In this document: piece by piece, positions 57,670 to 64,000 of the stretch
Layout: the number at the start of each line of letters is the position of its first letter
Position numbering within the stretch: the stretch's first letter is position 1
From: an uncultured Acidobacteriota bacterium
Lineage (GTDB): Bacteria; Acidobacteriota; Vicinamibacteria; Fen-336
Length of the DNA stretch: 64,000 nt
Assembly (NCBI GenBank): GCA_964561785.1
Contig: CAZLRF010000029.1
Location: forward strand, 1 to 64,000
Direction of reading: 5' to 3'
Made by a program: the position numbers and the translations under genes
The notes under the pieces: generated by a model
Databases searched by the model: none
Seen by the model: only the letters and a program-made list of their open reading frames with translations
What the model was told of the DNA's origin: nothing

Positions 57670-60324
57670 ATGGTCCCCCGCCGCGTCGGTTTCGCCGTGC
57701 TCGCCGTGCTCGCGGCCCTCGCCGCCGCGCCGCCCCTCCGGCCCCTCGACCTCGAACGGGGCGCGAGCGGCCTCCAGCTGGCGCTGCGCCGCGTCGGCGT
57801 CGCGGGGCGCGTCCTGTACGTGACCGCCCACCCCGACGACGAGATGAACGGCGTCCTCGTGCGCCTCTCCCGAGGCCTCGGGCTGCGCACGGCGCTGCTG
57901 AGCCTCACGCGGGGCGAGGGCGGGCAGAACGCGATCGGACCGGAGCTGTTCGATGCCCTCGGCGTGCTGCGCACGGGGGAGCTCGACGCGGTGCACCGCT
58001 ACGACGGGGCGGAGCAGTACTTCGGTCGCGCGTACGAGTTCGGCTTCTCGTTCAGCGTCGAGGAGACCTTCGCGCGGTGGGGACACGAGGAGACGCTCGG
58101 GGACGTCGTGCGCGTGCTGCGCGCGTTCCGGCCCGACGTCGTCCTCACCCTCCCCCTCGAGGGCGAGGGGGGCGGGCAGCACCACCAGGCGGCCGCCCGC
58201 CTCGCTCTGGAGGCCTTCCGCGCGGCGGCCGACCCCGCGCGCTTCCCGGAGCAGCTCGCGGCCGGCCTGCGCCCCTGGCAGGCGCGCCGGATCTACCAGG
58301 GCGGGGTCGGGGGCTACGGGACCGTGCCGGGGACCCCTGTCCGGGTGCCGACCGGCGTCTTCGACCCGGCGCTCGGCGAGACGTGGCAGCAGCTCGGCAG
58401 CCGGGCGCGGGCGATGCACCGCTGCCAGGGCACCGGGCAGCTCGTGGCCGACCCGGGGCCGGCGGAGGGCGTCTTCTCGCTCCTCGACTCCGAGCCCGCC
58501 GCGGCCTCCGCCGGGGGGGACCTCCTCACGGGGATCGACGTGTCGCTGCGGGGGATATCTCGGTTCGCGCCAGGGCTCGCCGCCGACCTCGAGGCCCTCC
58601 AGGCCCGGGCCGACGCCGCCCGGGCGGCCTTCCGTGCCGACGACCTCCCCGCCGCCGCCCCGGCCCTCGCGGAGACGCTTCGCGCCGTGCGTGGCCTCGC
58701 GGACGGGCTCGGGGGCCGCGTGGCCGACCCCGCCTCACGGGCCGAGGTGGAGGAGCGCCTGCGGGACGAGGAGGCGGACGTCGAGCGCGCGCTCGCGCGG
58801 GCCCTCGGTCTCGCCCTCGACGCGCGGGCCGACGACGGCCTCGTCACCCCCGGGCAGGAGGTGGGGGTCTCACTCGTGCTCGCGAGCGGGGCGGGCCTGG
58901 CCGTCGACGTCCTGGCCTTCGAGGTCGAGGCCCCGGCCGGCTGGACGGTCGCCCCGCGCCACGCGCAGACGGGCCCGCTCCCGGCCGGCGACGTGCGTCG
59001 CGCGGGCTTCGCGGTGACGGTGGCCGCGGACGCGCGACCCTCCCAGCCCTACTGGCGGCGGGAGCCGGACCGCGACCGGCACCACCTCCTCGTCCCCGCG
59101 GACGAGTCGCGGCCGTGGAGCCCCCCCGTCCTCCTCGCACGGGCCCGCGTGCGCGCGGCGGGCGTCGCGACGACGCTCGCCGCGCCGGTGGCGTGGCGCT
59201 ACGAGGGCCCGTTCGTCGGGGGCGAGCGCCGGCACGAGGTGCAGGTCGTGCCCGCGCTCTCGCTGCGCACGTCCCCCGAGATCGCCCCCGTGCCGCTCGC
59301 GCTCCCGCGGCGCCCCCTCGAGGTGCGGGTGTTCGCGCGCAGCCTCGCGCGGGGCGCGGGAGCGGCGGAGGTGCGGCTCGACGCTCCTGCGGGCTGGACG
59401 GTCGACCCGCCGTCCGCGCACCTCGTCTTCGCCCACGAAGGCGAGGAGGCCGCGGCCCGCTTCCGGGTGACGCCGCCCGCCTCCCTCGAGCCGGGGACCC
59501 TCGCCCTGCGGGCGGTGGCCGTGCGGGACGCTCGCGAGCACCGCGACGGCGTCCAGGCCGTCGAGTACGACCACGTGGAGCGCCGCCAGCTGCTGCGTCC
59601 CGCCGAGACGCGCGTCCTCGTCCTCGACCTGCGCACGTCCCCCGAGGCGTCCGTGGGCTACGTCATGGGCCCGGGCGACGCGCTCGCCGACGCGATCCGG
59701 CAGATGGGCGTCCCCGTGACGCTGCTGAGCGCCGAGGACCTCCTCTTCGGAGACCTCGGGCGGTTCACCACGATCGTGACCGGCATCCGGGCGTACGAGA
59801 CGCGGGCCGACCTGCGCGCGTCGCACGGCCGGCTCCTGCGATGGGTCGAGGCGGGCGGGCACCTCGTCGTGCAGTACAACCGGGACGCCTTCAACCGCCT
59901 CGCTCCCGGGGCGCCCGCGCCGGCGCCGGGCGCGCCGAGCCCCTACGTCCCGCTGCCGGCCGTGGTCACTCCCGCGCGGGTCAGCGACGAGACCGCGCCC
60001 GTCCGGGCGTTGGTCGGCGGCCACCGGCTCCTGTCGCAGCCCAACCGCATCGGCCCCGCCGACTGGGAGGGCTGGGTGCAGGAGCGCGGCCTCCAGCTCC
60101 TCGCCCCGCGGGATCCCGGCTACGTCGACCTGCTGGCCGCGACCGACCCGTTCCCGTTCAACCCCGGCGAGAAGAAGGGATTCCTCGTCGAGGCGAAGGT
60201 GGGCCAGGGCACGTGGACCTACGTGGGCCTCGCCCTCTTCCGGCAGGTCCCCGCCGGCGTCCCCGGCGGCTGGCGGCTCCTCGCCAACCTCGTCAGCCGC
60301 CCGAGGGGTCAGATCTTGAATTGA
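57670..60324 (+). CDS. Secreted PIG-L/LmbE family deacetylase with C-terminal beta-sandwich and GATase-like regions
   Basis: TAHPDDE, TRGEGGQN, GQHH, WVQERG. The stop codon lies inside the left repeat (protein ends GQILN*). Confidence 0.88.
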   Translation: MVPRRVGFAVLAVLAALAAAPPLRPLDLERGASGLQLALRRVGVAGRVLYVTAHPDDEMNGVLVRLSRGLGLRTALLSLTRGEGGQNAIGPELFDALGVLRTGELDAVHRYDGAEQYFGRAYEFGFSFSVEETFARWGHEETLGDVVRVLRAFRPDVVLTLPLEGEGGGQHHQAAARLALEAFRAAADPARFPEQLAAGLRPWQARRIYQGGVGGYGTVPGTPVRVPTGVFDPALGETWQQLGSRARAMHRCQGTGQLVADPGPAEGVFSLLDSEPAAASAGGDLLTGIDVSLRGISRFAPGLAADLEALQARADAARAAFRADDLPAAAPALAETLRAVRGLADGLGGRVADPASRAEVEERLRDEEADVERALARALGLALDARADDGLVTPGQEVGVSLVLASGAGLAVDVLAFEVEAPAGWTVAPRHAQTGPLPAGDVRRAGFAVTVAADARPSQPYWRREPDRDRHHLLVPADESRPWSPPVLLARARVRAAGVATTLAAPVAWRYEGPFVGGERRHEVQVVPALSLRTSPEIAPVPLALPRRPLEVRVFARSLARGAGAAEVRLDAPAGWTVDPPSAHLVFAHEGEEAAARFRVTPPASLEPGTLALRAVAVRDAREHRDGVQAVEYDHVERRQLLRPAETRVLVLDLRTSPEASVGYVMGPGDALADAIRQMGVPVTLLSAEDLLFGDLGRFTTIVTGIRAYETRADLRASHGRLLRWVEAGGHLVVQYNRDAFNRLAPGAPAPAPGAPSPYVPLPAVVTPARVSDETAPVRALVGGHRLLSQPNRIGPADWEGWVQERGLQLLAPRDPGYVDLLAATDPFPFNPGEKKGFLVEAKVGQGTWTYVGLALFRQVPAGVPGGWRLLANLVSRPRGQILN

Positions 60325-60343
60325 CGCATTCCGTCGCCCGGAT
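60305..60343. repeat. Left (truncated) copy of a palindromic REP/MITE-like element
   Basis: GGGGTCAGATCTTGAATTGACGCATTCCGTCGCCCGGAT is 38/39 identical to the reverse complement of 62278-62316. Confidence 0.9.
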
Positions 60344-60348
60344 TGCTC

Positions 60349-61245
60349 TCAGGGCGTGTCGCGCCCGGCGGACCTCGAGTGGAGCCACACGTGGGGCAGG
60401 GTGAGGGCGAGCAGCGCCTGGAAGACGATCCGGACCCCGCTTTCGAGGGGAGGCCCCGGGAGGGCCAGCCAGGTCGCGGCCCCAGCGACGACCACGCCGA
60501 GCGAGAGCGGCAGGCCGAGGACGAAGCGCCTGCCGGCCTCGTGCCAGGACCGGGCCGGGCCCGGCAACCGCAGATCGAGGGTGTGGCGGACCGCGTGGAC
60601 CGCGCAGAAGTACACGAGGAAGGACGCGAGCGGGGAGAGGACGAGGAACAGGGTGAGGAGGAGCGCGATCTCGGCGGCGGAGCGCAGGGGGGCGACGCGG
60701 CGCTCGCGAAGCGCCCGGCCGGCTTCGACGAGGGCGAGGAGCACCGCCGCCGGAACGAGGGCGAGCCCGGCACGGCCGAGCGCCTGTCCCAGCGGCGACG
60801 GGGTGCCGGGGGGCAGTCCCTCGACCGCGCCGAGCAGGAGCGCCGCCGCCTGGGGATGGGCGAGGGCGGGAGCGACGAGCGGCAGGGAGCCCCGCACCAC
60901 GATCTCTGCCCGTCGCCCCCCGCGCGACGGACCGCCGCTCCCGTCCTCGAGGCCGAAGTGCAGGGCGGAGAGGGCGAGCAGGGCGCAGAGGGTGAGCCGG
61001 GGCGCCAAGGCGAAGGCCAGCAGGGCGCCGGCGGCGAGGCCGGCATACGCCAGGGTCGAGGCCAGGCGTCCGTCGCGCGGGCCACGGCGAAGTACCTCGA
61101 GGTCGAGGGCGCCGTGGGGAAGACCGAGAAGCACGATCAGGCTCAGGATGAGGAAGGCTTGCTCCCCCGCGCCCGGCAGCAGCAAGCTCCCCGTGATCGC
61201 GACGGGAAGAACGAAGAGGAGCGCTTGCTGGTGCTGCGTCTGCAC
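60349..61245 (-). CDS. blh: Brp/Blh family beta-carotene 15,15'-dioxygenase
   Basis: GLPHGALD, LHFG, HAVRH, LTLPH iron-ligand His motifs; multi-TM; directly downstream of the opsin. The start is uncertain (GTG 61245 chosen; ATG 61323 possible). Confidence 0.88.
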   Translation of the reverse strand: MQTQHQQALLFVLPVAITGSLLLPGAGEQAFLILSLIVLLGLPHGALDLEVLRRGPRDGRLASTLAYAGLAAGALLAFALAPRLTLCALLALSALHFGLEDGSGGPSRGGRRAEIVVRGSLPLVAPALAHPQAAALLLGAVEGLPPGTPSPLGQALGRAGLALVPAAVLLALVEAGRALRERRVAPLRSAAEIALLLTLFLVLSPLASFLVYFCAVHAVRHTLDLRLPGPARSWHEAGRRFVLGLPLSLGVVVAGAATWLALPGPPLESGVRIVFQALLALTLPHVWLHSRSAGRDTP

Positions 61246-61332
61246 ATCCACCTGTCCTCGGCACGTCCCAAGCGCGCTCCTCGAGTGACTGATGCGGGGT
61301 ATGGGCGCCACACAAGAACCCATGGACCGAGA

Positions 61333-61363
61333 GGGGCGGGCGGATCGAGGACCCGCCCGCCCC
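61333..61363 (-). other. Stem-loop between the opsin and blh genes
   Basis: Perfect 11-bp inverted repeat GGGGCGGGCGG-N9-CCGCCCGCCCC, 10 nt after the opsin stop; no U-tract. Confidence 0.7.
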
Positions 61364-61373
61364 AGAGGGACCG

Positions 61374-62150
61374 TCAGACGGTGGCGAGCGGGGCCGGCGC
61401 GGGGGCGAAGTGCTCCGCGGCCGACTTCGCGCGCGCGATCCCGAAGACGTACAGGCCGAGACCCACCTTGGCGACGAGGTCGGCGATCGTGTAGCCGACC
61501 TGGAGCGCCACCTCGGCGGTCGCCCCTCCCAGACCCAGGTCGGGCGCGAGGAACGCGATCGGGTAGAAGCTCCAGGAGAGCAGGATCAAGAGCCGGGCCC
61601 GGGCCACGAGGTCCTTGACCGCGTCGGGCTGCCGGTCGATCGAGCGGGAGAGCTGCGACCAGAGCACGTACATGATGTAGAGGAACGGGAGCATGCTGAG
61701 CGACCACCAGAGCAGGCGGGTCGGTGTGGCGTCCGCCACCTCCCCGGGGTAGCCGAGCCCGATCATGAGCGTGGCCGCCACGACCAGCTTCGTGAGGAGG
61801 GGGCGGGCCACCGCGGCCGCGAGGGCGAGGACGGCGACCAGCTCGACGAGAAGCAGCGGAACCGTGAGGAGCCAGTCGGCGTAGCGGTACGCGTCATTGA
61901 AGGGGAGGCCGGTGGGGGCGTACGCGCCTCCCTGGAGGGCGTAGGCGGCCTTCCAGCTCTCGTAGATGCGGAAGTAGTGGTAGCAGGCGATCGCCGTCAC
62001 CAGTCCGGAGACGGTGAGAGCGGTCCGGTACTGGGGGGCGACCTGGGCTCGCGACAGGAAGAAGAACAGGGTCGCCGCTCCCATCCCGGCAACGGTCAGG
62101 GAGAGCAGGTTCGCCACCAGCCCAAACTGTCCGGGGTTCAGGGTTTCCAT
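61374..62150 (-). CDS. Microbial rhodopsin, xanthorhodopsin/Gloeobacter-rhodopsin family, DTE proton-pump motif (258 aa)
   Basis: YHY (His), YRYADWLLTVPLLLVE, GYPGE, SWSFYPI, GYTIADLVAK (retinal Lys); ATG 62150 with AAGGAG SD. Confidence 0.95.
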   Translation of the reverse strand: METLNPGQFGLVANLLSLTVAGMGAATLFFFLSRAQVAPQYRTALTVSGLVTAIACYHYFRIYESWKAAYALQGGAYAPTGLPFNDAYRYADWLLTVPLLLVELVAVLALAAAVARPLLTKLVVAATLMIGLGYPGEVADATPTRLLWWSLSMLPFLYIMYVLWSQLSRSIDRQPDAVKDLVARARLLILLSWSFYPIAFLAPDLGLGGATAEVALQVGYTIADLVAKVGLGLYVFGIARAKSAAEHFAPAPAPLATV

Positions 62151-62254
62151 CGAGTGAGACTCCTTGTGGGGCAAGCGCATCGAGCGCCGTCACTCTTGAA
62201 GACGCCCCGGCCGAGTCTATGTTTTGTAAAACTTTTGAATAGCCCAGGAGACGA

Positions 62255-62316
62255 GGGGTCAGATCTTGAAATAGCGCATCCGGGCGGCGGAATGCGTCAA
62301 TTCAAGATCTGACCCC
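62255..62316. repeat. Complete 62-bp palindromic element with 16-bp terminal inverted repeats (GGGGTCAGATCTTGAA ... TTCAAGATCTGACCCC)
   Basis: Directly visible; it contains the amidohydrolase stop codon (62297-62299). Confidence 0.9.
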
Positions 62317-63982
62317 CTTCGTAGAGCACGCGGCCGTCGAGGACCGTCATCTCCACGCGGGTGTGCAGCAGCCGCTCGTCGGGCACCGACAGGATGTCCT
62401 GGGAGAGGACGACGAGGTCGGCGAGCTTCCCGACCTCGATCGAGCCCTTCTCGCGCTCGGCGAAGCTGCCGTAGGCGGCGTCGAGCGTCATCGTCCGCAG
62501 GGCCTCGCTCCGGGTGAGCCTCTGGTCGGGGTCGAAGCCGCCCGGCGGCCTGCCGCTCGCGTCCTGCCGCGTCACGGTCGCGTGGAAGTTCTGGATCGGC
62601 GAGAGGTCTTCCACCGGCGCGTCGGTGCCGTTGAGGACCCGCGCGCCCGCGTCGAGGAGCTTGCGCCACGCATAGGCGCCCTCCCTCACGCGGTCCTCGC
62701 CCAGGCGGAGGGGGGCCCAGGGGCGGTCCGAGGGGCAGTGGATCCCCTGCACGGCGGCGAGGACGCCGAGCCGCCCGAAGCGCGGGAGGTCGGCCGCGTC
62801 GAGGATCTGTGCGTGCTCGATCCGCAGCCGCGGGTCCTTCGCCTCGGGGCGCTCGGCCATCGCCTTCTCGTAGGCGTCGAGGACGATCCGGTTCGCCCGG
62901 TCGCCGATCGCGTGGGTCCCCACCTGGAAGCCGCGGGCGAGGGCGAAGCGCACGGCCTCGAGGATGGCGTCCGGGGGGGTGACGAGGAGGCCGGAGTGGC
63001 CCGGGTCGTCCGCGTACGGCTCGAGCAGCGCCGCCCCGCGCGAGCCGAGAGCGCCGTCCGCGTAGAGCTTGACCGCGCGCACGGCCAGGAAGCCGTTTCC
63101 CGGATCGGGCCTTTCGAGCTCACGCATCGTCGGCAGGCCCGCCGCCATCACGTACAGCCGCGTCCGCAGCCTCCCCGCCGCGGCCGCCGCGCGGTACAGC
63201 GCGATCACGTCCGCGCCCGCGCCCGCGTCGGTGAGGCTGGTGACCCCCTTCGAGAGGCACTCGTCCATCGCCAGCTCGAGCGCCCGCCGGAGCTCCTCCG
63301 CGGACCGCTCGGGGGCCGCCACCAGGCGCTCCGCGTTGTCCACGAAGACGCCGGAGGCCTCGCCGGCGGCGTCGCGAAGGATCTCGCCGCCCTCGGGCGG
63401 CGCCGTCGTCCGCGTGATCCCCCGCAGCGCCATCGCGCGGGCGTTGGCGAGCACGGCGTGCCCGTCCGCCCGCTCGAGCACGACGGGGTTGTCCGGGGAG
63501 ACGGCGGTGAGGGCGTGGTGGGTGGGAAAGCCGCGCACCGCGCCCGGCGCCGGCGCGTCCCACTTGCCCTCGTGCCAGCCGCGGCCGCGCACCCACTCCC
63601 CGGGCCGCCGGGTGCGGACCGCCGCCGCCACGCGCTCGACCACCTCCGGCCAGCTCCTCGTCCCCGTGAGGTCCACGTCGAGCCGGGCGAACCCGATGCC
63701 CAGCATGTGGGCGTGCGAGTCGTCGAAGCCGGGGACGACGGTCCGGCCCGCGAGGTCGACGACGCGGGTTTTCGGCCCGACGAAAGCCCTCGCCTCCGAG
63801 GCGGAGCCCACCGCCACGATGCGGTTGCTGCGCACCGCCACCGCCTCCGCCCGCGGCCGCTTCACGTCGACGGTGTGGACGACGCCGTTCGTCAGGACGA
63901 GGTCGGCCGGGTCGGCCGCCCGCGCGCGGGGCGCGAGGGCGAGCAGGACCGCCGCGGCGAGGGTGGGGGAGATGCGGGTCAT
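62297..63982 (-). CDS. Secreted amidohydrolase family 3 (YtcJ-like)
   Basis: DSHAH, KLYADGALGSRGA, HAIGD, RIEHAQ, NGTDAP, GSIEVGKLADLVVL. Ends GQILN* within the right repeat. Confidence 0.92.
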   Translation of the reverse strand: MTRISPTLAAAVLLALAPRARAADPADLVLTNGVVHTVDVKRPRAEAVAVRSNRIVAVGSASEARAFVGPKTRVVDLAGRTVVPGFDDSHAHMLGIGFARLDVDLTGTRSWPEVVERVAAAVRTRRPGEWVRGRGWHEGKWDAPAPGAVRGFPTHHALTAVSPDNPVVLERADGHAVLANARAMALRGITRTTAPPEGGEILRDAAGEASGVFVDNAERLVAAPERSAEELRRALELAMDECLSKGVTSLTDAGAGADVIALYRAAAAAGRLRTRLYVMAAGLPTMRELERPDPGNGFLAVRAVKLYADGALGSRGAALLEPYADDPGHSGLLVTPPDAILEAVRFALARGFQVGTHAIGDRANRIVLDAYEKAMAERPEAKDPRLRIEHAQILDAADLPRFGRLGVLAAVQGIHCPSDRPWAPLRLGEDRVREGAYAWRKLLDAGARVLNGTDAPVEDLSPIQNFHATVTRQDASGRPPGGFDPDQRLTRSEALRTMTLDAAYGSFAEREKGSIEVGKLADLVVLSQDILSVPDERLLHTRVEMTVLDGRVLYEGGQILN

Positions 63983-64000
63983 CGTCGACTCTCCTTGGGG

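Noticed and set aside
61374-62150. Carotenoid-antenna (salinixanthin or echinenone) binding rhodopsin
   Set aside because: Trp occupies the fenestration position that must be Gly, and no ketolase gene is nearby.
62195-62251. CarH/LitR-type operator upstream of the opsin
   Set aside because: TnnACA-like words are present but not at the 11-bp periodicity expected, and no such regulator is in the window.

Overview
A 64-kb, very GC-rich bacterial chromosomal segment. Gene style and the multiple TonB/ExbD genes suggest Acidobacteriota, possibly Vicinamibacteria (inference). About 55 genes can be supported. Most are housekeeping or envelope genes: ddl, tgt-yajC-secD-secF, tonB-tonB-exbB-exbD-exbD, relA/spoT-ridA, rpmB, nagD, a beta-CASP MBL nuclease, acnA, MPG, tRNA-Gln(CUG), glpF, peptidases, lhr and nei, a sulfatase, fabH-like, a PMT-like glycosyltransferase, gldA/F/G-like ABC plus DUF4340, a cyclophilin, a ParB-like protein, a PIG-L deacetylase and an amidohydrolase. 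Features the ORF track misses or splits: (1) a 1.95-kb xanthorhodopsin-family proton pump + blh cassette bracketed by copies of a ~62-bp palindromic element, which supplies the stop codons of both flanking genes; (2) a lipoprotein thioredoxin with an in-frame UGA in a U-P-Y-C active site, followed by a SECIS-like hairpin (probable selenoprotein); (3) an MglA-type GTPase fused to a degenerate histidine-kinase-like module; (4) an L,D-transpeptidase-like domain fused to a DmpA-type aminopeptidase; (5) a 17-aa Lys-rich micropeptide with its own promoter, structured leader and terminator; (6) a ~230-nt multi-hairpin region behind tRNA-Gln; (7) many apparently leaderless starts. No CRISPR array, integrase, transposase or rRNA gene was seen. 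All family assignments come from motif recognition by eye, not database searches.
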